Positions 12,138 to 25,384 of a stretch of 64,000 nt of DNA are shown here, piece after piece. A program made the position numbers and the translations under genes. Each line of letters opens with the position of its first letter. Position 1 is the stretch's first letter. The notes beneath the pieces were generated by a model. It had not been told where the DNA came from and did not search any database. It was given only the letters and a program-made list of their open reading frames with translations. The DNA comes from Podarcis tiliguerta (Eukaryota). The stretch lies in assembly GCA_965153285.1 (NCBI GenBank), contig OZ229111.1; one strand, 5' to 3'.

Positions 12138-14153
12138 CTGCATGTCAAATGAGAAGAAAAACAGCCTTTCAAACATTGTTAAATATATATATATATTGTT
12201 TCACTTCCCTTATGATTGTTCAGTGGTTCTTAGGCTTTAATGCGCTGCAGACCACTTAAGAAACCTTCCACCCATGCCCACATCTTTTGTCACTGGGTAC
12301 ACAACAACATGACAGAAGCTAGCAAAGAGATCTCATTTTGAAAACTCACTCTTTAGCTGCTTTGTGCTCACTAGGGCACCCTGCAGATCTGCAACTTTAT
12401 TAGTAGTGACTGTTTCTCTCATGTTGCTAGGACACTGCATCTTTCGACTTCAGTTCTAGCATTCTGTGTGTTTCCTCAATATCATGACATTTGATTACAA
12501 GGTACCACCCTCCCCAGTGAAAAATTTACACAGGAAAAACTGACAGGACCATACAAACACCATGACATCCAACACAGGAAGGTCAATGTCTAAGGGCCTA
12601 CAACTCCCAGTTTAGCCCCACATCTAGCAAGTCACTTGTAAGCACATGATCAATTGGGATAAACCAGTGCAGGACTCCATAGATTAGGTATGAGGCATCA
12701 AAACTGGTTGCTTTCTACCTACATCTATTGCACTCCCTCTGTTATTTGTCAGCTTTGGCCATCGAGAATAAATTGCTCCAATACTCTAGCTTCTCAATGC
12801 TGCCAGTGAAGAAGAAAAATACAGCTATGCTATAGCTTTTCGAGTTAAAAAGCTTCACACATCAACAAACACCTCATGCACAGAACGGCAACCAGCAACG
12901 TTCTTTTTTACCTATTAAACCCAGAAACAAGATTACATCCCCCTAATTTCCAAAACAAGGGATAGTCCATTAGGCAGAGATCATCATATGTCACATTATA
13001 TCGTATTCAACACTCAGTATTAGGAACATACAGCAAAGCTTACAACCCACTATTTAAGAACCACTTGCATTGACCCTGAGGGTTCAGGCATTTCATCAAC
13101 CAAAAATAGAAAATATGAACCCTGCAAAACATTTTGTTTCCCTAAAAGATTTGTTACTTTTGTTCCCGATATCTCCACTCCCAACACGTTTACTTGACCA
13201 ACTCTCTCCACAGAACAGAGCTTTTGCCAGTGGCTCTTCTCGCCTATATCCTCTCTTCACTCCTTTCAAACAAATTAAAATACCCCTCAGTCACACAGGG
13301 TCTGATGAGGCAAAACTGGCAGCATGTTCAGAGGGGCTGGAGCTAGAAAGGGGTGATAACTGTACAGTGGACAGGATAATTCAACACTCAGTAACAACAT
13401 ACTGGAAAGGAAGGTCTTGACAATAATTCCTGCTAAACATCAAGTATTTCATTGTTTATAAAACCAGAAAGGCCTAGGGTGTTTCTGTAATTACTGAAGT
13501 AAAAAATCTAGCTACACTACTCTGCCTTGTGTTTGCCTGACAGAGCCTCAAGTGTTTTCAGAGCATTCCCTGCCTAAAAAGCTATAAAATTCTGCTTGTG
13601 GTCTATAACTGGCTAACAAAACCAAATATACAACACAACTTTCCTTGTTTGGTACACTGACAAGCTGGTCAACATAGCTGCAATTCCTAGTGAGGCCCAT
13701 GAGAGTGATGCTGAATTGGCAGACTCCCTGTTCTGTCACTTATGTGTCACAAGGAGTCTGGTTTTGACATAAATGGTACCAAGAAAATAATACAGACTTG
13801 CAGTAGGCTTTCCTGCTGCAGATTTCCAAGCTGTCTCTAACACAGATTTCTCACGGAAACCACAGCCAAACACTACAACTTTAAAAACTCCTTTAAATAT
13901 ATGTAGACCTATTCATGTATGTATTGAAATACAGTGACATTTGTGTCATCCACATTTATATTATCTAGACAACGCTATAGTGATTCTCAAAACATTCCAG
14001 AGATGAAGATGATGTTATCCCTGTATCATATATTTCAAAAAGTTTTAGATGTTTCTGACTCAAGTACAGACTGAAGTTTCAGCTAAAGGCAGAGCTCAAG
14101 TGCACTGTCCCAGTGGTAATCTTCACAGAGTGCTTATGTTTGACAGATTAAGA

Positions 14154-14725
14154 CAGGGGTGGGAAAGCTCAGGCTGCAGGGCAAATTAGGCCTGCTGTGG
14201 TCCTAATTCAGCCCACAAGACCCATTTGAATGGGCTGTGGCGCATAATGTGCTCCCAATTGTTCTTCTGTAAAAGGGGTTTGCATTCAGTGCCTTTAAAT
14301 TTGATGCCAAAGGAAAGCCCTAATGGGATTAGTTCCATTTGGAAGCTCCTGAGTGGAGCCATCCCTGCCGAAAGTGGGGCTTGCATTGAGCACTGAATTT
14401 AAACTCAGCACCAAAAGCAAGCCCTGCTTTAATCAGATCCACTCAGGAGCTCCATATCAGAGTCCCTGAGCAGAGCAGCTGCTGAAGTCCCTGCTGAAAG
14501 TGGGACTTGTATTCAGCACTGAATTTAAACTAAACTGTGCCTTGAAATTCAAGCCATGGCTCCAAAGGAAGAATTAAGAGGGCACTTAAAAGTATTTGCC
14601 AAATTCTTCATTTGAAAGTGATATCACACACCTGATATTACCCAATGTCATCTAAGTGTCACAGGTGGTCCCACCTACCTGTCAAAAGTAATAAGCAGTG
14701 GGTGGGCCACTTCTGGATCTAGCCT
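14154..14725. mobile_element. Non-autonomous DNA transposon (hAT-like) with internal hairpin and direct repeat
   Basis: Starts CAGGGGTGGGAAAG...GCAGGGCAAAT. Internal inverted repeat 14345-14357/14438-14450 and direct repeat 14362-14405/14488-14531. Right end uncertain. Confidence 0.5.
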
Positions 14726-14726
14726 A

Positions 14727-14798
14727 GCAAAAGATCCCCGCACTGTTGCGCTGGATGATCCTTGTGGTCCCTTCCAACTCTACAGTTCTATGATTCTA
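14727..14798 (+). mobile_element. 3' part of a SINE with CR1-type tail
   Basis: GCAAAAGATCCCCGCA...GGATGATCCTTGTGGTCCCTTCCAACTCTACAGTTCTATGATTCTA. Matches the copy at 25539-25662. Confidence 0.75.
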
Positions 14799-15889
14799 CA
14801 GCCACCCTATTTTCTGAAGCATTTTCCAGTATTTTTGTTACATGCTTGAGAGAAATCTACTAAGTGCCCCAGTTCACTTCACATAAAATATGCCTTTCAT
14901 CAAAGGAGCCTAAAAGCAGAGAAAGATTGCTTCTAAAACCTTTATAGAAAAATTTTGTCTGGATGAAAATCAAGTGATTTTAGTGCCAATTTTCACAGCT
15001 TCCTTTGTTGACAAGCCTAACTTTCATTGCTAGATTTCCCTCAATCCTAATTTGAAACTACACGAATAGCTCACAGCTGGGAAATAGTCTGAACCTCATC
15101 CCCAACCCCATTCACTGTGCCAGAAAACTGCAATCCTGTTATACTCATTGTTAAAAAATTCATTTACCTCTCTGAATCTCTGTAATGAAGAACACTTTAT
15201 TATCTGCCCACTGTGGAAGCAGAACCATTATAAGAATATTTATAGACATATATTTGTTAGTATCTGAAGGTAGCCGCCTTTCCAAAAGAAAGTCATCATC
15301 GCTGCATCCAGGTATTAACTGTAATGGGTACAGAGTTCTAGAATAGAATTTGAGAAACTGATGTTTCTGCTAACCATTCCAAAAGTAGTGATAACTCCCA
15401 TTCCAGCTTCTACTCTTCATTTATCTAGGACCAACAATTAAAGGCCTGTATGGAAGGAAGAACTGACACGATCCCTGTTTGTAGGGCTGGCTCTGGATAC
15501 AACAGACAGGCGAGAGATGAAAGATAATAGTTTGACCAACACATGGGGGGGTGGGGGGAGATAAAGTTGTGGCAGCAGACAGTACAGTACAGGAAAACAT
15601 GAGGGTAGGATGGTCCTGCTTTGCAGGAGAAGCAGGTTCTGCGGAAAGGAGAACTTTGATAGAAGGCAAGGATGACTGTCAAAGGCAGTTGGAGCTCACT
15701 TCCCCAAAATGTTACCTGAAACATTATGTAATACTACACCCATCAATGCTGTTACACCAATATTTCCTGCTGCAAACAAAGTGTAAAAAGGAAGGACATG
15801 GGGGGGGGGGGGGAGGAAAGACGTGTGGCATACAACACCTGCCTAAACATGCCAGGGAGCCCCAACTGGGCCACATCTCCCCAGTATAT

Positions 15890-16078
15890 TTGGAGGAAGT
15901 GTTTTGCTTGCATAAGTCCCCAAGTTTGATCCCTACCATACACAATTCAAAAGAATTCCAGATATCAAGAGGTGGGGAAAACTGTTTGCCTCAGACATCA
16001 GTAAGCCAGTGCTGCTGGATAAATACAAATGAGGTTGACCAATGGTCTGCTTCTATAAAGCAGCTTCATTTGTTCACA
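15890..16078 (+). mobile_element. tRNA-derived SINE (Squam2-like), diverged
   Basis: TTGCTTGCATAAGTCCCCAAGTTTGATCCC...GACCAATGGTCTG...AAAGCAGCTTCATTTGTTC. Homologous to 20795-20992. Confidence 0.6.
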
Positions 16079-16104
16079 AACTGTTAAGGATGTGTGCTGG
16101 CCAC

Positions 16105-16265
16105 ACTGTAAGAACAAAAGAAGAGCCTTGCCAGGTCAGAACAAAAGCTTTTGTACTCTGGCATTCTATTCTCAAGGTGACCAACCAGATGCCTATGGGA
16201 AACCCTTGTGTATCCCAAGAAAAGATGATTGCTCTGTAAAGTGTGGAGCTGCTTGTGATATGAAG
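16105..16265 (-). mobile_element. CR1 LINE 3'UTR fragment
   Basis: AAGAACAAAAGAAGAGCCTTGCCAGGTCAGA...CCAACCAGATGCCT is the reverse complement of the element end at 26020-26105. Confidence 0.65.
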
Positions 16266-16504
16266 TTTTTGAGATCAAGGGAATGATGATTAAACTGACA
16301 AAAGAAATTATAAAACCACCAAGAACCATTCAATCAAGCAAAAATCTATAGGATCTCATATTTACCTGCTAACAGTTTAATGATTCCCATTAAGTTTCCA
16401 TTTTTCAACACTATTTACATACCAAAGTGGCAACACATTTGTTGTTAAACCAAACATTCCTGTACAGTTTATTCTGTAATTACTTTCATAAATTTTGTAA
16501 ACTA

Positions 16505-16855
16505 GGGAACATAAGCTAAAATGCTTAACCTGATCTACTAGAATGCAAGAAAAGAATGGCCTAAGTGGATCACAGCAACAATAATCCATCTAATCCAGCA
16601 CTTTGCAACTGGTCAGATGCCATAGGAAAGTTCACAAGCAGATCATGAAGACGACAACTACCCCGTATTTGTTAAGCAGATAGAATACCCATTTTTCATT
16701 AGTTACTACTGCTAATAGTCATTGATGTATCTAATCTCCATTAACTTGTCTAGACCTTTAAAAGAGAGAGAGAGCAAGAGAACCATCTAAGCTAGGAGCC
16801 TTCATCACATATTGAAACAATGAATGCTCCAAGCTGAAATGTGTGCTAAGAAACA
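16505..16855 (-). mobile_element. CR1 LINE 3' fragment, diverged
   Basis: GAACATAAG...CCATCTAATCCAGCA...CAGATGCC...GCTAATAGTCATTGATG...CCATCTAAGCTAGGAGCCTTCATCACAT. Confidence 0.55.
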
Positions 16856-18459
16856 GTTTCTCTGAACCTACCAGCAAACTTTTTCTTCCAAACTTCAGCT
16901 GAAATACCCCAGTGCTTGCTGGGCAGCAGTCACAGGAGCAGTCCTTATGAGGCCTGTCAGGCCCCGCCCCAGGCCAGGTGCAGAGAGGTATCAAAAGCCA
17001 AGCCTCTAAAGGTCATTAGCACTTTACTAAAGCTCAGGAAACTACTGGGATCCAACAGGTGATTCAAATTGGTGTGTGTTCCTGGTGGCTGATGTTGCAT
17101 ATTGACCTAAAATTTTCAATGTGCTTCTATACTCTAAATTTTGAGTACAGTACTCGAAAATCACCCAGTTACAAATTAAGCCCACTATCAACCATAAATA
17201 CTGAGAATCTTGATGGTATTGAATTAGCGTCTGTACTTTGTAGTCAATTGTAGGCAAAATTGTTCCTGGGGCAGCTACAATTAGAGACAGCAAAGAATAA
17301 CTCAAGCAGTAAGGAATTTGCTAGCATCACTGTATTGCTCTGATCTGAGTGAAAGAAACCTACATGCTACAACATAAAATATCCAACACAAATTTTGCTT
17401 AACCCGGTCCAGCATTTAAGAACAGCAAATAAAGTTCTGATCCCTCAAATTCATTCATGACAAATTGTCCAAAACCGTTCTTACATTTACAGCATCAGAA
17501 GAGAAAGATCAATTCATGCATGGGACACTAATGTGAGAAAGTGGCTCATGTGCAGGTAATGTGAATGAGATTAGCTCACATGAAGTTAATGTAAGAAATA
17601 GCAATGACAAAGCGGTTGGAAGGGCTAGATTGTAAAATACCTGAAGTTTGAGGTATATTACAAAACAGAACCCAAATTATTTATAAAAGAAAAAAACAAT
17701 AAATCCAGCCACAGTTACAACCTTTAAGTAACAACCTGTTTGTAATTTCTCTGGGTAGCAGTCTGATTAGGGAACTTTACTTATAAAATCAGTAACTTTA
17801 TTCAGGGTGGCTGTAAACACACTGTTCAGATTACCAAAAGTATTAAGTCTTATATGCATATGCACCATACAAACTTGCATAGGCGTTCACAATATCAGAC
17901 AGACATTATGGAATGGTTTATTTCTAAGATGGCCGATTCTCAGGAAATAAAAATAAGAAAAGTCACTTTTCTTTTTTAAAAAATAAAATTAAATTAAATG
18001 AGCCAAGAAATGTTGAATGGCAAAATAAAATACTTGCAAAACAATTGTAGAATTCTCTTCTTTGGGCTGACATTTAACAACCAGATTAAACGTGTATACT
18101 GTATATGGAACACTAAATCAACAGGATAGGGTAGATTATAAATGTAATTATTGTTAAAATTATAAATAAAAACATGTAGGGTATTTTAAATTTAATTTTA
18201 TCTCTTATACCAGGTCCTGGGAGCCACTCAATAACAGGTCTAGATTTGCTGCCATAACCAACTATTCTACAGCACTGTCATTTAAAGTATCTAGAAATTT
18301 TAGCTCTTTGTCTTTGAATTAGACAGGTGCATGCTCTTTTTTTAATATGGTTTCCCATCATGATACAGTAACTCAAATTCATTAGACTTTAGCTGCAAAT
18401 TGGTCAACCCTTTTCTTATGGCTCTCAAATTAAGAGAGTATCTCCTTTCAAAGGAAACA

Positions 18460-18561
18460 ACTCCAGTTTGGAATCCAATTCCTATCAGCTCCAACCAGTG
18501 ATCTGTGATAATGTGGTTAGTACTCAAAAATATTTGGAGGGTACCACACTGGGGAAGGCTG
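18460..18561. mobile_element. Degenerate hAT-type MITE
   Basis: AATTCCTATCAGCTCC...AATATTTGGAGGGTACCACACTGGGGAAGGCTG. Confidence 0.45.
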
Positions 18562-20794
18562 TCCTATTCCAATAAAGATGAGCTAAGTTTTGAAGAGCTG
18601 AGGTATATATATACAGGTTGGAAACTGAGCTTAAGGTGAAACAAAGGTTAACTGCGCATTATAGTGATGCAGTGAGCAACATGTTTAAGGGCTGCTTAAC
18701 AAAAGGGGGGGAGGTCATTTGTCCACTGCCTGAGCAGAAGAAACACCCCCAAACTCTTTAAAATGTTATTTCTGACTTAGGAGCTGTGAATATTGAAACA
18801 CTGGCCAGAAATAGGGCATCTAGAAGAACTGAAATATATATTAATTAATGTTTCATTTACAGTTTTCTTTGCTCATCCCCACCCCACCACAACCTAAAAG
18901 ACCACTGCAGGGCAATGATGGAAGAGGATATATAGTATGGCACTAGATATGGTAGAATAGTCAACATGACTGTCCAGCAATAGTGTTGCCATAATAAACA
19001 GATGGACAGAGCTGCCAGTGAGCTTTGTTGCATATATTGTTTCTTTGGTGGGTGTTTGCAGGATAATCCAGTACTTCAGCACTAAGTTCCAACACCTTAG
19101 GCAGTGTTCCTGTAAACTCCTCCTGTCTGAAATACTGCATCATGTGGTGTATTGTATAGTGCTAAAAGATAAATAATGATGCAAGGGTGTATAGTAACGT
19201 GAACTCTTTAAAAACATGTTGAACACTTTGTCTTTTCCTCACAAAGCAGGCCAAGGCACTGGCCATGAAAGAGGTTGGTGCTCTCATCCCCTCCTCAGGT
19301 TAGTTCTCACTGTTCCTACTTCAGTTCCCGCTGTCACCACTGTACACAACCAAACCTACACTAATTCCTGGGCATAATGTGGCAGGTGAGAACCAAGGTG
19401 GAGTCACAAGGTGAGTGGCAGCAAATCCAAAGGACAACCACAGTAGGCTAAGGGGATGGGAGGTTCTTATCTCACAAGTTCCCTGCTTCAGAACTTCGGC
19501 AGTTCCCTACCTGTCATCTCCATCTTTTTGCTCACTCTGGTGCAGTTGCCACTACTGGCCCTGTGCTCACCCAACACTGTCACAGCTCCATCAAGGGTCT
19601 GTTCTGAATGTACCTGTATGTCTATACATCCCAGAACATATTCCAAACAAGTCTCTTCAGAATCGCTTCATCCTTTGCTTATTTAAATAACAAGCCTCAC
19701 TATATGCAAAACTAAACTTCAGATGGAATGTTCAATATACAGCTTTACAAGTAATCAGCTTATACTATGATTGTGCAATAAACTAATGCTTATTTAATAT
19801 TTTTTATTTTACTTAATACCTATTTAATTAAAAAAAAAACCAGACAACTTTGTAGCAGGAACTGAAATTTATTTAAAGCTTTGAATGTCAATAGTCATCC
19901 AACACTTGGTTTAAAGGAGGGTGGGGAGGTAAGCTTACAACTCAGAAATAAAAATTCTTGAGTTTCCAAGTTTGAACTTGGTTCGCTGTAAAATGAAGTG
20001 ACACGGATAATTCCATTGTAAGAAAATGAGAGAGACTGTGTCTTTATCTACAAGTTATCAGCTTAATTAGAACAGATCTACAAACGCTCCCAGGAGGGCA
20101 GACCCCAAAGATTGAAGAGTGTAATCACAGAATTAAATACAGCAGCTGAAATTTGCCCTGTCCAGCTGAATGCTAACTAAATACCAGGTTAGGTGGGATA
20201 GAAACTTTAATAGTTCCTCAAATGACTCTGTGGAAAGACGGAACCGCCTAATAGCTTCAAATACTGCTGTATAAGCAATCAAGCACTGATGTTGCACAGC
20301 AGTGCAGCCGGCAGCCATAAGAAACTGTAAAAATAAATGCCCACAAAATGGCATTGGCATGTAAGTAGGCCTTTATTGCTTTGTCACTTATGATGTCACT
20401 AGCAACAGCCATTGCAATAGCAACATTTGGCCATTGCAATTGCAGTTCTGTGGTGTGATTGATGAAGGCTGATATATCACATTGAGAGTACGTTCCGAGA
20501 AAAGGAAACAACTTCTGAAACCGAAGTCTTTCCATGAAGAAAGTATTGCAGCTATTGAGCAACAAATAGATAAGAACTGCACAATCATTGCTCTAATAAC
20601 TTCACATGAAGGGAGGCCCTCAAGAGTCCTGTTTCTGCCTATATCCAGCACTGGGGAAGAAAGAATTAGCTTGAGATAAAGGGAGGTTTGTGAGCTCTCT
20701 GTAAATTGTATTTCTCATTGAGATGACTTTGTCTAATTCACTCAGTTTCAACTTAGAACTCCCTTGCCCCTTTTTTTGGAACTTTTCAGCAGAC

Positions 20795-20992
20795 CTTTGG
20801 GAAGTGAAATGGCTAACTGGTAAAGTATCTGCCTTGCATGCAAAAGGTCTCAGGCTTTATCCTCAGCATCTCCAGGTACAGCTGTGAATGCCCTATGCCT
20901 GAAACCATGGAAAGCTTCTGCCAGTTAGTCTAGGCAATACTGAGCTAGGTGGATCAGTGTATGACTCAGTACAAGTTGGCCTCCTATGTTTC
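20795..20992 (+). mobile_element. tRNA-derived SINE (Squam2-like)
   Basis: GGTAAAGTATCTGCCTTGCATGCAAAAGGTCTCAGG...CTGCCAGTTAGTCTAGGCAATACTGAGCTAGGTGGA...CCTCCTATGTT. Confidence 0.75.
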
Positions 20993-22365
20993 TTTGTAAG
21001 CTGTTTTATAAGAAAGGAGCAGTCTGGAGCTTGCAACCACCACATGGACATCAAGCCAAATAAGGAAACCAGCACCAGAAACACAATCAGTGTATTTTTT
21101 TCAGTTAGTTTTCATACAATCCAAAAAGGTAAATCAGACCAGCATGAAAACATGAAAGAAATTAATTTTGAAAAAGAGACACTAAGAAAAAAGGATCTAT
21201 TAACTATGTCATTTCTAATGACCTCAAAATGAAGTTTGTTACACAGTCAATTCTCTTCTTTGTGACAGTGGCATCCTCTGGCACAGACTTTGAAATTCTT
21301 CAGACACCAGAAGGGAAAAGTAGGTTTCATCATAGAAGCAGTTTCTTTCTTCACAAGCTATTGTACCGTGGTTATTGCTCAATGACCTTGGCGGATTCTT
21401 GCTGCTATTTTGGGTCTATTCATTCTTTTGATGTGTCATTTTTCAAAAATGAGGCTTACATTTGTTGGTTTCACTGAAGTGAAGGAGAGCACCTCCAATG
21501 TCCTCTCATGCAGAGGTCTCTAGGTAAGGCACATTTAACTGAACTCCCACAAAGTAGATTGGAGCCAAATGACAATTCAATAGCAACATTCATTAAGAAG
21601 TTGTCCAAAATACTGAGGGGTATGCTACTGTCAGGTAGCAAATGCATTATAAAAGCCAACTGCCATTTCATAAATGCTACCTTAAGAGTTAAAAGTGATG
21701 CCTCGCCTAGAAGACATAGGATTCATTGAAAGGGCTGAATGAGCACTTTGCCTCAGACCAGTCTTCTGCAACCTCAAGGGTGGGGGATCTTAGGCCCTTT
21801 TCCTTTAAAGTTGGAAACTGCACTCCATAGCACAGACGGCTTATAAAATTCTTCTGGTTCAAAAGAGGTTTGCCATAAATGAGAAAGGGGAACTGCTATT
21901 TGAGAAAAACAATTCCAAAGCTTCCTTGGTATGCAAAGCTAATCGCACAGTTCTCTGGATACAAGCCACCCTCACTAAGTCCAGATAATAAAGCCTCCCT
22001 TTTGTTTACTACAGTGTCAAGCATTCCCATTGTCAATTTTTTTATTATTATTATTTTGCCAACTAGCAAAATCCAAAATACATTTTTTCACTTTTAGGTC
22101 CAGCAACTTGCAGGTCCTTCTTAAGCACTGACTACAGTATATAATTGTTGTTTGAATAAAACTTTAAAGACATTCATAGCAAACAATGTAGTATTATTTG
22201 CTAAATTACGCACAATACATGTCATGATCTCAAGGTGGCAATCTAAGTTTAGGTATGAGAAGAACATATTGCATATATTTCTCTTTCCCCCTAGAAGGCA
22301 GGCTAAATGGCTTCAAAAATTCCAGAAATGTTACACCTCTACTTTCCAACAGCTAGAATCAAAAG

Positions 22366-22501
22366 CAGGCATAGGCCAACTCGGCCCGCAGATATTTTTG
22401 GGACTACAACTCCCATCATCCCTAGCTAACAGGACCAGTGGTCAGAGATGATGGGAGTTGTAGTCTCAAAACATCTGGAGGGCCGAGTTTGCCTGTGCCT
22501 G
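22366..22501. mobile_element. hAT-type MITE, 136 bp, perfect 8-bp TSD ATCAAAAG
   Basis: TIRs CAGGCATAGGCCAACTCGGCCC / GGGCCGAGTTTGCCTGTGCCTG. Inner palindrome GACTACAACTCCCATCATC / GATGATGGGAGTTGTAGTC. TSD at 22358-22365 and 22502-22509. Confidence 0.92.
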
Positions 22502-24823
22502 ATCAAAAGTATCAACTTCCCAATCAGACAACTTCTTCATTCTCTTAAACCTTTTGAAAGTTAACCCCATCAAACACGTGTTCTAGGCTCCCCTCCCTTC
22601 CCAGTCCACCCCACCCCACCCCACCTTCCACACTTAACATATTTACAGTTCTGTTATTGCCAAAGTCATTTTCTTGTTTCTCTACTCATACTTTGCAGAA
22701 GCTTGTTCTGCTGAAAGTCCAGCACTCATCTTATCCCATACCACACAAGCACCTCCTACATGCATTTTTACACAAGTGCCCCACTTTCTCTTTGCTTTCT
22801 AAGAAAACCCACCTACTACTAAAACGGATGAAAATGGACAACAATGACAGAGGACACAAAAGTTTCTTCAGGTGTTCTCTATAAATGTTAAGTAAACATA
22901 CAAGAGGCGGCCATGGGGACAAGCACATGTCCCCATCCCCACAAGTTCTTCTGGGTTGGAGGCAGTCTTCTGAAGCTGGAAATCTGCACTCACTGAGGAT
23001 CCCACACATTTTAAAACCCTGATTTTCCAATTTGTGGAGGGAAATCAGAAGAATGGCAGGTTTGGTGGTGGTGGAATTACTATGCCTGCTTCCATGCCCC
23101 CCCCCCTTGCATGTTTACTTAACCTATATGCCTTATAAGTTAAAATATGCCTTAAGAGGGCTCGAGTTCCTTACAGATCCTTCAAATATCATCAATTAAG
23201 GGGGAGAAAGCACCAATATAAAGATTTTGACACTCCCCTATCTCCTGAGAATGTACAAAGCTGGTAACCAGTCGGGTTATGTTTTGAATTTTAAAAACTT
23301 GGCTTCTTATTAGGCATTACCACCTTAAGTAAGCCACTGGGAGGTTTACAGCGTCTTCAAGCCAAGGGGTCACTTGGCTCTACTCATCTCTCTAAAAACA
23401 AGCTCAAATAGTGATTAGTTAGCATTATGTCTTATTTGAAGGAGGCAGCTTACTTTAGAATAACTTCCTTGAATAAGGCTTTATTTTAAGCATGGTTTCA
23501 GTGAGCTGTTTATTAGTTGTCCAAAATACTGAATAAGTCACTCATTTGCCTTTGATCTTGCACACTAGTGGCTGTGGCTTTCTGAAAGCTGCGCCAAAGG
23601 ATGTTCAACAAGTCAGTGGTTGCCGTTTTACTGCAAATGGACACATGTGACTGCAACCTCAAGAGAAGTCGTCAAACCACAAAACCTTCACACAGAAAGT
23701 GTTACAAGCATAATAGGCACTTCAGAAAAATCAGCAAATCTACAGAAAAAATAGTGGGCCCATCATAGAAATAAATGAAGGGAGAGTTTAAATCATTCCT
23801 TTACTTCCCTCCTCATACTCTATCTAAACAGGGGCTTTTTTTCCTTTTGAAAATTTGTATTGATTTATCAAAAACATATGGGCAAATTAACGCATAACCA
23901 TACAAGCAATAATGAAACCATACATGGAGCAGATTCAGTATAAAAACAGAGGTGCAGTTACATATAACCAAGTCTTGAAGCTGAGTCTATATCAACCAAC
24001 CACATCAAGGAGTGAGTCATGGGAGGGGTACTTATACGGTGCTCCCAATTTAGATAATATAAAAATGGACACTAGGCTGCATCAAAACTGTTCAATTTGG
24101 TTTTGCCCCAGACTATACAGACTATACTCTATCAACATTCAGATAAAGCAATGTTCCATACATTAGAAAACCATGGGGTTTGCATAAAAATCTAGAATTT
24201 CTTCATATTACAAAATTATTACAAGGCAGCTGTGTTGCAATACATGCAACAGCCTCTCTAATTAATGCAGAAAGTAATGTGCTGTAGCTTGCTGCACACA
24301 GCACTTAATGTCACCCAACTAGCTTTTGAGTCAGCATTTTGCAACTTGAAAAAGACAGACTAAGAAGACATAAGGCACGTTGAAGCTCTGAACTTCTTTG
24401 TGACACAGTCTTCTTGTCACCAAAATTTCTTTTTCTTGCATATAAGAGGTGGACTAAGAAAACACAAGCAGAATGTTTCTGCATCCTCCTATTTATAGAT
24501 TTTGCTTGCTGCTTCAAGAAAGCTTCCACTATTATTTAACATATTATATTGGGGCTTTCCCATAGTTTGCCATTAGTTCACTATTCTAGTTGTAAGTGGC
24601 ACCATTTTATTTTAACACTGGAAGAGAAAAGTGAGGTGTTATAGAAATCTTATCCTCAATGATCAACTTACATAAAAACACTGTACAGTAGTTGTCTTAG
24701 CAGTTTAATATGATGCAACCAGCTGGGCTTGATACATTTAATGTACCTCCTACAATAACCTAATCTACTCTCATTAATACTATCACCACTTTATCTTCAT
24801 AGATTTTAAGAATGGAACAGGAA

Positions 24824-24826
<3 letters not shown>

Positions 24827-24858
<32 letters not shown>
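24827..24858. repeat. (AT)n microsatellite
   Basis: Seen directly. Confidence 0.9.
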
Positions 24859-24860
<2 letters not shown>

Positions 24861-25384
24861 AATGACTTCATCTAAAAGGGAGATCATTTTTTATTCTTCC
24901 TCAACATCATTAACCTAAGTATTTCACCATTTTAAGACCACTTCATGACTTTGCTTTGGTTACTTTTAACTAACCTCACACAACGGTGTGAAAGCTTAGC
25001 AGAGCTGAATACTTAATCCCAAATTCACAGGTATATTAATCAACTGACGGTTAGTAACTTGGAAAGATTGTGGGGTTATTATTATTCATTATTAATGAAT
25101 AATAACAGTTTGATTTATTACTCATACATCACCCTAAGGTCTCAGGGCAGGGTACAACAATATAAAATACAGTACAATATTTAAAAGAGTTTAATAAAAA
25201 AAATAGGGTTATGGTAGATAAAAAAGATTATTATGGATAGCTCGACAAAAACATTAACTCAGTGTGTAGTGTTAAAAAAGAGGAAAATTCCAGGCAAAGC
25301 ATTGACAAGACGACTATCAGTATCATAATGTCATTCTATAAAATCTCTGGTGTGGCTGGATTTGAAATCCATAGTACCCCATAG

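Noticed and set aside
15551-16087. 178-aa plus-strand ORF
   Set aside because: Non-ATG start, runs through poly-G and a SINE, no recognisable domain.
21599-23532. Exact 18-nt repeat AGTTGTCCAAAATACTGA at 21599-21616 and 23515-23532, as a possible LINE TSD
   Set aside because: The intervening DNA has no LINE features or poly(A) tail. Chance is plausible in AT-rich DNA.
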